Virus record (IMG/VR): IMGVR_UViG_3300037504_000149
From: a virus
Lineage: Duplodnaviria; Caudoviricetes
DNA: 64,000 nucleotides
Strand: one strand, 5' to 3'
The position numbers were made by a program, and so were the translations under genes. This document shows positions 10,475-21,399 of this stretch, one piece after another. The notes beneath the pieces were generated by a model. The model searched no databases and had not been told where the DNA came from. It worked only from the letters and a program-made list of their open reading frames with translations. Position 1 is the stretch's first letter. Each line of letters starts with the position of its first letter.

Positions 10475-11034
10475 AAGGTAGATTTGGTACATGGTTAAAA
10501 ACATATTGGTGGATTATACCAATTATGTTAGCCGTAGCTTTAATATCAGTTTATAGTATTGGTAAACTATTTGGTTTATACACTAGTTTATATAATGATG
10601 GATTAGTTTGGTTTTTTACACTAAGTATTATAGGTTCTGAGATAGGTGGTTTATCAGTAGTAGCACGTATGCATACTTTGGAATTTACTGGACGTAAACG
10701 TGATATCGCATTATCTTGGTTAGCTGTAGGATTAATAGTAGCATATGAAGTACTTGGTAATTATGGTGGCTCTATATCTACTATGTATGGTGTAGAGGGT
10801 GATGTAGCCTTAAGCATGGGGTCGTTCGGACTTATACCGCCCAATACCGCAGGAGTTATATTTGCTCTTATAACGGCTACTGTATTAGGTATAACTAATT
10901 TTATCTACATCAAGATAGTTACAGGTATGGTCATTGCACGTAAGGAATTAATACTAGTAGATGAAACGGACTCTATAAGTGATACTGATGAAGATGGAGT
11001 AGATGAGGAGGCTACTCCAGATAAACCCTTTTGA
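10471..11034 (+). CDS. multi-pass membrane protein
   Basis: About 4 hydrophobic helices; AGGAG RBS. Confidence 0.7.
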   Translation: MKGRFGTWLKTYWWIIPIMLAVALISVYSIGKLFGLYTSLYNDGLVWFFTLSIIGSEIGGLSVVARMHTLEFTGRKRDIALSWLAVGLIVAYEVLGNYGGSISTMYGVEGDVALSMGSFGLIPPNTAGVIFALITATVLGITNFIYIKIVTGMVIARKELILVDETDSISDTDEDGVDEEATPDKPF

Positions 11035-11461
11035 GTTAGATATAACTGAAGATACTAATATAGAAGAGGCTGATGAAATGGTAGAAGAGATTACCGAATC
11101 TTTAAATAAAAAAATTGCTGAATTAGAAGATCGATTAAAAGAAACAGAGAAACAAAAAGAAGATTTAATGGAAGAAAATGTATCTTTAAAGAAATCTATT
11201 ACATCTAAAGATACTACTATCAAAAAACTTAAAGAAGAAGTTAATAAGCCAATTCCCGCAGTTGTGGAGGATAAAGTATCTTTCGTTGCAAAAGACTATA
11301 ACTTGAAAGATGCTGAGAAACGTTGGAAAGATGATTCTATTTATGTTATAGTAGATGGTGTACATAAAGTTAAGGGTAAAGATAAGCCTCGTTTAGAAAT
11401 AAATTTCAGAAGGCTTAATGTAGATGCATCCAGATTGAATATTATAAGACCAAATAACTAA
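11003..11461 (+). CDS. coiled-coil hypothetical protein
   Basis: GGAG RBS; heptad-rich E/K segment. Confidence 0.65.
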   Translation: MRRLLQINPFELDITEDTNIEEADEMVEEITESLNKKIAELEDRLKETEKQKEDLMEENVSLKKSITSKDTTIKKLKEEVNKPIPAVVEDKVSFVAKDYNLKDAEKRWKDDSIYVIVDGVHKVKGKDKPRLEINFRRLNVDASRLNIIRPNN

Positions 11462-11994
11462 TGCCAGAAGAACTACCAGAAGGTGTAGTGCCTGAAGAAG
11501 AATTTAATCCGTGGGCACAAGAGATAGATAAAGCACATCAAGCGTGGGAGGAAGCGTTTAACTTGCCTCAAACGTTGCGTTATGCTGCGTGGCATTACAA
11601 AACAGTTACGATGACATTCAGTCGGCAGACCGGAGACATATACCCACCTGGTGTTGTTACACGACGCGTGGTGCTGTATAGTCTCCGTAAGTCTATTAAC
11701 CGCCAGCCAATACAACCAGTTTATTCATTATTAGTTTTCTTCTTTAATTTTGACTTAGACACAAGTCGTAGTGATTATCAAAAAACTGAGTCGTGCAACA
11801 TCAATAACATTACTGACGTAGTTATTAACCACGACGATGATATAAGAGCTTCAGGAGCACCTTTATATCGTGGAGCTACTGATGGTGTGCATGAGGAATT
11901 GGTTGATCAAATAACTGAATCTGGTGGAATAATAGGAGCTAAAGTACCAATATGGCGACCAGCATCAGCACGGAGAGGACCACATGGCTTCTAA
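11461..11994 (+). CDS. hypothetical protein
   Basis: TAATG coupling to the upstream gene. Confidence 0.65.
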   Translation: MPEELPEGVVPEEEFNPWAQEIDKAHQAWEEAFNLPQTLRYAAWHYKTVTMTFSRQTGDIYPPGVVTRRVVLYSLRKSINRQPIQPVYSLLVFFFNFDLDTSRSDYQKTESCNINNITDVVINHDDDIRASGAPLYRGATDGVHEELVDQITESGGIIGAKVPIWRPASARRGPHGF

Positions 11995-12724
11995 AGATTT
12001 AGTTTCTCGTAATACGACAGATTTAGTACGTCAAGGGGATCCTTGTGAAGCGTACAAAAAGTCGTGCCCAGAGTGTGGTTTTGTTTACAAGGGAACTTAT
12101 GAGGATGATAGAGTGTGTCCTATGTGTCATGCTGAAAGGCCGCGCTGTCAGCGTACAGTGTGTAAGGAAGCCAGAGCGGCAGGACATATGCTATGTTATG
12201 CTCACTGGAGAATGAAGTATCCAGAACTCAAAGGGATAGTAGATGTAGCTGAATCTAGGCGTATACCTTTCATAGAGGAATCTATTAGACAATTTGGTGA
12301 TAATAACGCACCAGATTTAAGTCCTGAGATTATTCAATTAAGAGAGATGATACAGAGGTCATACGAAGGCAATACATTAAACGCTGCTGAATATGGAAGA
12401 TTAATAAATTCATTAGCAACTGTCTCTGAAACTAATAAAAGGATACAAGAAAAGAATAGAGATATAGAAAAAGCTGTACAAAAGATTGTAGATGAGAAGC
12501 GTAAAGATGATGCTGTATATTACATGGCATATATGTTACTGCTTATCTTAGGACAGTTTGGTTGGAACAGTGACGAGGCAAAGTTTATCAAATCAAGATT
12601 GCTTTATTTAAATACTCCTTGGTTTAGAGAAATTATTAAAGCTGCGGAGGATATACGCGATAATGAGATAGTTGAATTTGCCGAAGATGAGGTAGATAAC
12701 ACAATAGATGAAGATACAGGATAA
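11984..12724 (+). CDS. probable terminase small subunit (N-terminal Zn-binding Cys motifs)
   Basis: CPEC, CPMC and C..C...CYAH motifs; helical C-terminus; directly upstream of and overlapping the large terminase. Confidence 0.55.
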   Translation: MASKDLVSRNTTDLVRQGDPCEAYKKSCPECGFVYKGTYEDDRVCPMCHAERPRCQRTVCKEARAAGHMLCYAHWRMKYPELKGIVDVAESRRIPFIEESIRQFGDNNAPDLSPEIIQLREMIQRSYEGNTLNAAEYGRLINSLATVSETNKRIQEKNRDIEKAVQKIVDEKRKDDAVYYMAYMLLLILGQFGWNSDEAKFIKSRLLYLNTPWFREIIKAAEDIRDNEIVEFAEDEVDNTIDEDTG

Positions 12725-14747
12725 AAGATTAGTTGAGTTTCTAGATTCACTACCTAAACCTGATAGGATAGAAGGTGAAACCATATGGGAGGGGACTCCC
12801 CCTGTTTCATTTGAAGATTTTCTAACGGCACAAAGGTATTTGAAGGGAGAAGTTATACCTTCTCCTAACCAGATGAAAATATGTAAAGCTATATTAGGCC
12901 AAAAACCTTCTGACTTATTTGACGACAAGCGACATATATCTCGTATAGTTGTAGCTGCCGGTAAGGGTGGTGGGAAGGATGAGATAATTTCGTTAGTATT
13001 TGTTTATGCTGTATATTTACTTCTTAAATTACGAAATCCACGGTCATACTTACAGGGAAAAACCGATCTAACTACTTCAGATATACGATCATCTGGTAGC
13101 TCTATTGACTTATTAAATGTTGCTACTTCTTCTGGACAAGCTGAGGGTGTTTTCTTTAATTACTTTTCCAATAAAGTACTTAACTGTGAATGGTTTAAAG
13201 ATAATTTTGTAATTAAACAATCAGGAAGGACAATAAGTATACCTAAACAGTATGAAGGTATGCGTATACATAATACACCTCGCATTGAAGTATCTACCAG
13301 TTCTATTATATTTCCAAAAGGTATACGTGCATTCACCTTAAACTCAAATTCAGAACGTTTAGAGGGATATAATACTTTCTTATGGTGTATGGATGAAGCT
13401 TCCGGTTTCGTAGATTCTAGTGGTCGCAGAAACGCACAAGCTGTATATGATAATCTTAACTCTTCTATGAAATCTAGGTTTGGATTAGTAGGTAAAGGTT
13501 TGATTATATCTTACCCCCGATCAACTACCGGAGACTTTACGTTACAAATGTATGATAGAAGCCAGATACCAGAGGGAGAACCTGGGTATGAAGATGACTT
13601 GATAGGGTTTAAATTCACTACATGGGAGATGCGTAAAGGAGCGCCTACTAACACTAAGTATGATTACAATAGAGATGGAACACCATTAGATTATGTACCT
13701 CACACATTAGTTAATGTTCCGGGAGAGGTTGAAGTAGAAGTACCTTCCTTCCTTGCAGCAGAGTTTGCATCAGATCCTGCTGACTCAGAGATGCGGTATA
13801 TGTGCTTACCTCCCCCTGTTAAACATAGATTTATTGAAGATGTTGCTGCTATATTTGATACCTATGATCCATCTATTAGACCAATGTTTTCTACTTCATC
13901 TAAAATTATACAAACTAATGGACGGCGAAGTATAGCTGTAGACATATATAATAAAGTACCTATAACTAATAAAGAGCGTAAAGAAGTAAAGTATTTTATG
14001 GCTATAGATAAAAGTAACATAAACCACCGTACTGTAGTTATGGTAGGCCATACTATGCATAAGCCTTCTGAAGTGTATGATGAGTTTAATAAAGTAACAT
14101 GGGTAGACTCGGCAGGAAGTAAATTAGTTATAGATGGTATAGCTGTTTGGACACCAGATCCTAAGCAACATATATATGTGTCCCATAGTAATGTAGCAGA
14201 GGTTATAGTTCATTTAGCTCGTTATTTTGGCATACATAACGATAACATTAATGCTGACCACTGGGATGCGGCATTACCAGATCAGTTAGTTAAACATGGT
14301 GTCACAGTAAATCTTACACGATCTAAGAATGCGGATTGGAACGTACTAAAGACAGCGGTGTTGAATCGACGTATATTACATGGCTATGATCCTGAGTTAG
14401 GTGGTATAGGTGCTGCCATCGAGTATGACTTAACTAATTTAGTACGTGAGGGAAGTAGAATAGGTTTCCCTAAAGCCAAAAAGAATACTGAGTCTCCAGA
14501 TATAGCTACATGTATGAATCGTTTACTTATGATGGCGTCTGATAGTTTAGGAAAAGAAACTAAGCTTCCTGGAATGGATATGTATGTTATGGGTCCATCA
14601 AGAGGTGGAAGTCCTATGCCTCCTCCAACCAAAAGAACATCTGACCAAGGTGTAAATGCGGAGGGGTCACCAGATTATCAGAGATTACCTAAAGAACGTC
14701 AACAGCGTAAGCCACCTAAATTGCAAATGTTTATATATGGTAAGTAG
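12708..14747 (+). CDS. terL: terminase large subunit
   Basis: Walker A AAGKGGGKD, Walker B WCMDEASG, ISYPR coupling motif, RNase H-like nuclease YFMAID...NADHWD. Confidence 0.88.
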   Translation: MKIQDKRLVEFLDSLPKPDRIEGETIWEGTPPVSFEDFLTAQRYLKGEVIPSPNQMKICKAILGQKPSDLFDDKRHISRIVVAAGKGGGKDEIISLVFVYAVYLLLKLRNPRSYLQGKTDLTTSDIRSSGSSIDLLNVATSSGQAEGVFFNYFSNKVLNCEWFKDNFVIKQSGRTISIPKQYEGMRIHNTPRIEVSTSSIIFPKGIRAFTLNSNSERLEGYNTFLWCMDEASGFVDSSGRRNAQAVYDNLNSSMKSRFGLVGKGLIISYPRSTTGDFTLQMYDRSQIPEGEPGYEDDLIGFKFTTWEMRKGAPTNTKYDYNRDGTPLDYVPHTLVNVPGEVEVEVPSFLAAEFASDPADSEMRYMCLPPPVKHRFIEDVAAIFDTYDPSIRPMFSTSSKIIQTNGRRSIAVDIYNKVPITNKERKEVKYFMAIDKSNINHRTVVMVGHTMHKPSEVYDEFNKVTWVDSAGSKLVIDGIAVWTPDPKQHIYVSHSNVAEVIVHLARYFGIHNDNINADHWDAALPDQLVKHGVTVNLTRSKNADWNVLKTAVLNRRILHGYDPELGGIGAAIEYDLTNLVREGSRIGFPKAKKNTESPDIATCMNRLLMMASDSLGKETKLPGMDMYVMGPSRGGSPMPPPTKRTSDQGVNAEGSPDYQRLPKERQQRKPPKLQMFIYGK

Positions 14748-14856
14748 TATTCTGTAGAAATCTTTTTATTCGTTGTATTTATGCTATAATTAAACTGAAG
14801 GTTAATTGAATAGAATACAACAATAAAGTTGTTAAATAATTAATGAGGGTACACCA

Positions 14857-16821
14857 ATGCCAGATGAAAAACTTTATGATAATCCGCTAGGGGATGCTTT
14901 ACTTACAGATGAAGTGTCTGTAATAATGGACGGTCATGAGAACACTATGGATATGTTCTCCCAACTATTTCATCCTTTACCAAGACGAGTACTTTCTAGA
15001 GGCATGATAGTTTATACACCGCCTGATTACAAAATGGGAAGAATAGTACGCATAACTCCTGATAGGCTTTATGTAAGTATATTGGGTAATGAGGCGGAAG
15101 ATTCTCAAAGAGTAATTGAACGTACTTCTAAAGATATAGATAAAATGGAAGTAGTTCTACCTCAGATTAGTACTAACCCAATTTTCAATCCTCCTACAAT
15201 AGGAACGCTAAGTAAAGCGGCTAGTAAAACTAAAAACATTAAAGTTAGTTTTAAAGAATGTTTTGCTTTTCCTTTGAAGTTTGCAATGACTACTCCTGTT
15301 GTAGATGATTTAGGTTTCTCTGGGTATATCGTTGGTGCTACAATGGACGGGTATACTATTAAGGGTACGGATGGTAGATTGTTTGAGAGGAAAGAAGCTG
15401 ATATTAAAAGTGTAGGACCGCCTATACACACACCTATATGGTTAAATAAACATAAATCATTCTGCAAGCTTGTACGTACCTCATCTATAGGTAATAAAGA
15501 GTACAGAGGTAAAGGGGCTATTATCAAAGAAATGGATCCTGTTACGGGACTAGCAGAGTATATGCTGCCTGGAGTGCTAGATAAGGATACATTGATAGCA
15601 CCATTATCAGTTATTGAGTATCCAGAGACTGCCGATGAACAATTACATCAAGCTGAGACTATTTTAGCTGATGCGTCTATGTACGGTGTAACGCCACCAG
15701 CGTATGGTGATGTAAGTGCGCCCTCTGGTATGGATTCTGAAAGTACTGGAATACCTGTGCACGAAGATAATATGGAATTAGGCATCGGGGATTCTGTGGT
15801 AATGCAAACAACTGATATGGAGGATTCCATGCCTGCCACTGTATCGCGTGTTTATGATGATGGATCAGTAGATGTAGAATATGCAAGTGGTTTAGGTAGT
15901 ATGGAAACTAAAAGATTGTCTCGTGAAGAGTTATATGACTTATCAGCAGAAGGAACACCTGGTGAAATATATAAGACTAGCCATCATTTAAGTTTCAGAA
16001 ATATTGGGGAACGCGCAAGTGATATGCCTATGTTTAAAATGGTAGAGGATAATCCAGTTAATCCTCATGCTGATAACAACATATTAAATACTGTAAGTAA
16101 GTATGCTAGAATTGTTAAATCTAAGGGTGGTAAGTATAATATAGTAAGTACTGCTGGTAAAATAGTAGATATCGCTAGCAATAAAAGAGAAGCAATGAGA
16201 AAGTTAGCTAGGTATGCAGCTAAAGAAATTAAAAAGATAAAGACCATTCTAGCTAAATTAGAAGAAGGCTTCCCAGTTGATACAAGATTAAAGGTTTCGC
16301 GTAATATGATGGGCGTTCCATTATATGTTAAGATAGTCGAACCAGTACACAAAAGACCTGTACTATCTAAAGTGATGGTTAATCCTGAAGTGTACTACTT
16401 AGAGTTAGAAGATAGGGAAAATAAGGATATACTTGTATCTACATTAAATACATATAACAATCAGCCACCTATAAATCTTAAATGGGCATCTACCCGCCTA
16501 CCATATGTTGTTGAGGTAGATAAGGATAGCTTAGAGAAGTTAGCACAGATAGGTGTATTTTCCTTAGTATCATGGCCTGGAGAAGATAAAATAGATGACG
16601 ATCAACAAGCACAGCAAGCGCCTCAACGTACACCAGGTGGTTTAGCAACACCACGTATAAGTAAGAAAACTGCTGCAATACCAAAGTATCCTTTCGATCA
16701 AGCCGAGTTTATGGCTACTGTTAGGTTAAAGGATGGTACTAAAGCAATTATACGTAAGTACGCTGTTAAGAATTACAACGACAATCATCCAGATAATCCA
16801 ATTGTAGAAATTATAGATTAA
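14857..16821 (+). CDS. hypothetical protein, possibly virion-associated
   Basis: 654-aa ORF after terL with upstream TGcTATAAT. No recognised family. Confidence 0.6.
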   Translation: MPDEKLYDNPLGDALLTDEVSVIMDGHENTMDMFSQLFHPLPRRVLSRGMIVYTPPDYKMGRIVRITPDRLYVSILGNEAEDSQRVIERTSKDIDKMEVVLPQISTNPIFNPPTIGTLSKAASKTKNIKVSFKECFAFPLKFAMTTPVVDDLGFSGYIVGATMDGYTIKGTDGRLFERKEADIKSVGPPIHTPIWLNKHKSFCKLVRTSSIGNKEYRGKGAIIKEMDPVTGLAEYMLPGVLDKDTLIAPLSVIEYPETADEQLHQAETILADASMYGVTPPAYGDVSAPSGMDSESTGIPVHEDNMELGIGDSVVMQTTDMEDSMPATVSRVYDDGSVDVEYASGLGSMETKRLSREELYDLSAEGTPGEIYKTSHHLSFRNIGERASDMPMFKMVEDNPVNPHADNNILNTVSKYARIVKSKGGKYNIVSTAGKIVDIASNKREAMRKLARYAAKEIKKIKTILAKLEEGFPVDTRLKVSRNMMGVPLYVKIVEPVHKRPVLSKVMVNPEVYYLELEDRENKDILVSTLNTYNNQPPINLKWASTRLPYVVEVDKDSLEKLAQIGVFSLVSWPGEDKIDDDQQAQQAPQRTPGGLATPRISKKTAAIPKYPFDQAEFMATVRLKDGTKAIIRKYAVKNYNDNHPDNPIVEIID

Positions 16822-16830
16822 GGAGAGTCA

Positions 16831-17709
16831 ATGGATAATAATGTAAAGAACAATGATATTGAGCAAGTAGAGCTTGAAAAAGAAACTGGTGTTTCTATTG
16901 ATATGTTAGCCAAAAAGATAGTAGAATATAAAGAAACAATGGCTGCTAAGAAACAAGCTTTGAAAAAGAAAAAAGAAATGTTAATTGAAAAAGGTACTTT
17001 GCCTGATGAAGCACGGGCAATGTTTAAGGATGAGTTACAGAAAGCAGCTACTGAAGCGGCAGGAGATATATTGGGTGAGTTAAAATTTTCGCCTGATGAA
17101 GAGTTATATATTAGCGATGGCGACGATCATAATGTTATACTTCATAATGCTGTAATTGATACGGCTGGTAGTGATACATCTGTTGTAATAGCATCATTAT
17201 ATGTTGATGGATACATAGAGCAGAGGTATGGTATACTTAATAAAACTATACCAAAAGAATCGTATCCCAACCCCACATGGTGGTTAATGATGCATTATAA
17301 AGATTTTACATTTTACAATTATATGAAAGATATAGTTAAGCCTCAAGCTAAACAGAAGTTAGCAGAGGTTACTAAAGCATGGAACTTATATAAAGGTAAG
17401 GTTTTACCAACTTCTGATTTAACAGAATTTGATGTAAAGGATGTTAAGTCTATTATAGGAAGGTTTAAAATAGGAGAGCTTAACGGAGCAGAAGATATAT
17501 ATTTATTTAAAGATTATATAGAGTTCGCTCTTTCGGCGATTGATACATATCTAAAAGCCTCACCTAAAAGAAGGCAAGCGCTATGGCGTAGTGGTATGAT
17601 AAAATACAAGGAAAAGAATCCGGATATTACTGCTAAATTAGAGAAGCAGCTAATAGGTATACGTGCTGCCGAACAGGAATATTCTTTCAATAGTGAGGAG
17701 GAAAATTAG
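16831..17709 (+). CDS. hypothetical protein
   Basis: AAGGAG RBS. Confidence 0.7.
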   Translation: MDNNVKNNDIEQVELEKETGVSIDMLAKKIVEYKETMAAKKQALKKKKEMLIEKGTLPDEARAMFKDELQKAATEAAGDILGELKFSPDEELYISDGDDHNVILHNAVIDTAGSDTSVVIASLYVDGYIEQRYGILNKTIPKESYPNPTWWLMMHYKDFTFYNYMKDIVKPQAKQKLAEVTKAWNLYKGKVLPTSDLTEFDVKDVKSIIGRFKIGELNGAEDIYLFKDYIEFALSAIDTYLKASPKRRQALWRSGMIKYKEKNPDITAKLEKQLIGIRAAEQEYSFNSEEEN

Positions 17710-17710
17710 T

Positions 17711-18757
17711 ATGTTTAATTTCGATCCAAATAAGTATGGGTTACCAAAACATGTGGAACCATTTTTGAAGAGTTTAGAATCTGGTAAGTATAATCAAGAT
17801 GCTGCCTATGGTAAAATATATTATAGGAAGAGTAGTTCAAGCGCACAAGATTCATATAATAGATCTGCAAGTGCTTTAGCAGAGGCGGGAATTACTCGTT
17901 CTAAATATGAATCTGAATGGGAAAAAGGATTAAAAGATAGTTCTATAGATAATTCACTAATTTATGGTGACTCTAGTCAAATGAGACTAGAGAAATTCTA
18001 TGAAGATTATGATCCAAGTTCTAATGAGGGTAAGTTAATAAGCGCCGAAGTTTTAATTAATCCTCCCAGAGGATGGTCTAGCAATATCAATCATCATAAA
18101 GGTATAGTTACTGCGATTAAAGCTAATGATATGGTAGAGGTAACCTCAGTTGATGGATCTAGTATTGATGTTCCGCGTAAATGGGTACAGATTATTAGTG
18201 GTGGACATGGTAAGTCTAGAAAACCGGTTAAAGCCACACTTAAATCAAGTAGAGATATTATGTCGTGGACTAACAGGGGAGATGCTGATGCAATAGTTTA
18301 CGAAGATGATCAGGTATTAGAATTCGCGCCCCAAGATCCAGACTTACGTATTGTAGATAAGATGGAAGATCCATATTATGATAACAAAGAACGTAATCTT
18401 AACGCTTATAAAAAGGATGTAGTTGCGGGAAAAGAAGATGTAACAGACATATCTGAGGTAGTAGTTACTAGAAAAACAGAAACTGGACCAAATCAGCAAT
18501 CCCAGTATGAAGATGAAGACGATAGGTCTACAGTAACGTTTGGGGATAAGTTAGATGCCGATGATCCCAATGTAGATGTAAAGAAATTAGTTAAAGCATT
18601 TAAGTATAGTAAAGCGGTGTGTGAAAAGCTAGAGGAAACTATAGCTAACACAGAAAATATAGAAGAAAAAGTAGAGCTATATACTAAACTTACTGCAGAA
18701 GCTAAAAAATTAGCAAGGTACAAAAAGAGCTTAACTAAAATAGCTATTAAGAATTAA
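17711..18757 (+). CDS. hypothetical protein
   Basis: Start moved to MFNFDP after GAGGAGG. Confidence 0.7.
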   Translation: MFNFDPNKYGLPKHVEPFLKSLESGKYNQDAAYGKIYYRKSSSSAQDSYNRSASALAEAGITRSKYESEWEKGLKDSSIDNSLIYGDSSQMRLEKFYEDYDPSSNEGKLISAEVLINPPRGWSSNINHHKGIVTAIKANDMVEVTSVDGSSIDVPRKWVQIISGGHGKSRKPVKATLKSSRDIMSWTNRGDADAIVYEDDQVLEFAPQDPDLRIVDKMEDPYYDNKERNLNAYKKDVVAGKEDVTDISEVVVTRKTETGPNQQSQYEDEDDRSTVTFGDKLDADDPNVDVKKLVKAFKYSKAVCEKLEETIANTENIEEKVELYTKLTAEAKKLARYKKSLTKIAIKN

Positions 18758-18768
18758 ATGAGGCTACT

Positions 18769-19269
18769 ATGGATACCTATGAACAAACACCGTTTGATGG
18801 TGTATACGATGAGTCACATGAGCTAGATTTTAACTTGGTGGATAGTATAATAGAAATTAATCCTATGCAACCAAGTAATTCAGTTAGAGGCTTTAAGGGT
18901 GAGGATATGCACGTTAACAGAAGTGCTAGTATGGATCGCGTAGTATATGCAATTAAAGACGCTATAAGTCATCCTAATTGCACACTATCAAAATTTTCTC
19001 TAACAATGCCTAGTGTAATAGAGAGTAACATTACTAAGATTGATGAGAGTGATAACGAAGTGTTGTCAGGTACGTTCAAGATAGCTTATGTGGTAGCTGA
19101 TGAAGGTATCGGAGAATCTATAACTATTGAACTAGATGTAGATGTTGAGGACGGTGTAATGGTTAAATTACCTAAAAAGGTATTTGTAGAAGAATTAAAT
19201 AAGAGTATAAAGCTTAAGCCAGACACTATTAGAAAGGCTATAGCACAGACTAAGCTGACTTATCAGTAA
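18769..19269 (+). CDS. hypothetical protein
   Basis: GAGG RBS. Confidence 0.65.
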   Translation: MDTYEQTPFDGVYDESHELDFNLVDSIIEINPMQPSNSVRGFKGEDMHVNRSASMDRVVYAIKDAISHPNCTLSKFSLTMPSVIESNITKIDESDNEVLSGTFKIAYVVADEGIGESITIELDVDVEDGVMVKLPKKVFVEELNKSIKLKPDTIRKAIAQTKLTYQ

Positions 19270-19280
19270 GAGGTTTTAAT

Positions 19281-19679
19281 ATGGCAAGTGAATACACAGT
19301 AGATGTTACTATAGACGTAACCTCATCATCATCTTTAGTTAATCCAGTAGAGATATCCAAATCAGATGATTTTAGTATACTATCTCAAGACGGATTGATT
19401 GAGGGAAATGTTAAAGTAGTAGCAGATAGTACATCATATATACCTATACCGTTTGGAGCACTATCTTATATCCAAATGTTGATGATAATTACTGACTATC
19501 CAGTTAAACTATTCTTAAACGGAACAACTGGTGTAGATGCTATACCTATTCATTCAGCATTTTTAGATACATTTGGTGATTCAAACAATGATGGTAAGGG
19601 AAAGATTACGTCTGCTTACTTGCGTAATGATGGTAATACAAGAGCCACATGTACTATAAGATTGTGTGGTAAAGAATAA
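19281..19679 (+). CDS. hypothetical beta-rich protein, possibly structural
   Basis: GAGG RBS; beta-strand-like composition. Confidence 0.6.
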   Translation: MASEYTVDVTIDVTSSSSLVNPVEISKSDDFSILSQDGLIEGNVKVVADSTSYIPIPFGALSYIQMLMIITDYPVKLFLNGTTGVDAIPIHSAFLDTFGDSNNDGKGKITSAYLRNDGNTRATCTIRLCGKE

Positions 19680-19694
19680 CTAAATATATAAGGA

Positions 19695-20471
19695 GTGATG
19701 TTTATGCCACCTATTTGGGCAAAAGATGAAAGACTATATCGTTTAGCAACTGAAGAGGCGAGAAAAAAGCATCGTGCTAATGTTATTAAAGATGGTCCTA
19801 GGTACTGGAAAGTAGTTAAAGAAATATATAATAGATTAGAGAGTGAAGCACTCATGTCTATTAATACTGATGAAGCTGTAAAAGAGGACAAGAAGCTTGA
19901 AAATAATGAGTATAGTGAACCGGAAGTTTTATCTTATGAAGTAGAAGATAAAACTACATTTGAAGAAAATGAATGTTATGAGCCAGATCAACAATGTGTA
20001 TGTATAGATTCTTATTCATTGCATACAATAGACGATACAGAAGTATTGAAGTATGGTTACCATACTGGTATCATTTATGTAGATACTGATATTAACACAG
20101 GAGATTACTTAACTGTTAAAGTTGAATCTCCTAACGTAGCTCGACTAAGTACACCAGGTATTGATGAATCATTGTGGTTATGCCGTTCAGACGACGAAAA
20201 GGTATCTAATAGTTATTCTATTGGACTAGAAGAAAATGATAAGATTTACATTCTAGATAATTATAATGAGGAAGTCACCGAGATATATAAAGATTACCCC
20301 CCGTTCGGTATGGTTATCTTTTATTGGTTGACCGATAAACTTGGTGTCAAGGTATCTAAAGTAGTTGGAGAAGACTTCCACTATACACTTAAGGAACCCG
20401 ATGGTTCTAAAATAAGTAAAGCTAAACGGCGTTTGTGTCAGAGTTATAAAGCGGCGGTTAATAAAGGCTAA
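19695..20471 (+). CDS. hypothetical protein
   Basis: AAGGAG RBS. Confidence 0.65.
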   Translation: MMFMPPIWAKDERLYRLATEEARKKHRANVIKDGPRYWKVVKEIYNRLESEALMSINTDEAVKEDKKLENNEYSEPEVLSYEVEDKTTFEENECYEPDQQCVCIDSYSLHTIDDTEVLKYGYHTGIIYVDTDINTGDYLTVKVESPNVARLSTPGIDESLWLCRSDDEKVSNSYSIGLEENDKIYILDNYNEEVTEIYKDYPPFGMVIFYWLTDKLGVKVSKVVGEDFHYTLKEPDGSKISKAKRRLCQSYKAAVNKG

Positions 20472-20476
20472 GTATA

Positions 20477-21172
20477 ATGGCTACTATACCCAGACTAGAG
20501 ACTTCAGGCTTAGAGCCTGTAAGCATCATGGAAGAAACTGCTATGGGTATAGTAGCTCATTCTTCCATACAATATAATGGTTACTTTTCTCTTCTAATTA
20601 TAGGTACTAGAAGAGGGGAGTGGCTATTTCGTTTATACAATTATATAGTACCAGCACACGTTAGTGGAGGTAATATAGTTGCAGTGGATAATATACATTG
20701 GGATGGTAGACCTTTTAATTACCAAGAAGGAAGGGATTTACTAACTCCTAGAGAAGCTGAAGAAAATGGAAGATATGTAACTAGTATTATTCACAATTAT
20801 AATTTACAAAACATAACTCTACATACGAAAGGTAGTACTGATTATTTTGCAAACCATAATGACACATTTGATTGTGTAATACTTAATGGTGCTCGTGGGT
20901 ATAGTGAATTTTCTAGTGATCTAACCAGTGCTTACGCTGTACTTAATGATAAAGGTACAATTGCTGTACCATTTTACGGTAAGACAATTAATGGTTTACG
21001 TACAGATAATAATCTTACTAAAGCTGTAGATGAGTTTTCCGATAAAACATGTAGAAAACGGCGAGTACGCTGTGCAACTGGTATGATGTTGATGAGAAAG
21101 TTTACGGAAAAGACAAGAAAGTTGAATGGTCCGGGAGGAAAAATAGATTACAATTGTAATCTTCCTGGTTGA
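20477..21172 (+). CDS. class I SAM-dependent methyltransferase-like protein (divergent)
   Basis: LIIGTRRG, IVAVD, FDCVILNG..GY...SDL..AY..L..KGTI resemble the Methyltransf_24 pattern. Confidence 0.55.
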   Translation: MATIPRLETSGLEPVSIMEETAMGIVAHSSIQYNGYFSLLIIGTRRGEWLFRLYNYIVPAHVSGGNIVAVDNIHWDGRPFNYQEGRDLLTPREAEENGRYVTSIIHNYNLQNITLHTKGSTDYFANHNDTFDCVILNGARGYSEFSSDLTSAYAVLNDKGTIAVPFYGKTINGLRTDNNLTKAVDEFSDKTCRKRRVRCATGMMLMRKFTEKTRKLNGPGGKIDYNCNLPG

Positions 21173-21197
21173 AAATTTTCGTGGAATATGCTATACT
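21169..21197 (+). promoter_or_regulatory. sigma70-type promoter
   Basis: TTGAAA-17-TATACT with TGn extension. Confidence 0.6.
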
Positions 21198-21399
21198 GGA
21201 AGTGTGAATGGGTTGTTTGTAAGCCATTTACATAAGGACGATAGCTTCGCATGATACCACGATTGACGAGACGAACATCTAAATGGGATTCTTTACTTTC
21301 GGAAATAAATTGGCTTAGATTTTACACCATCGCTAAACGTTATATTGATTTAAATGTAAAACAATTTAGGCGACGAGAAAATAAATAGGAGAGTTTACT

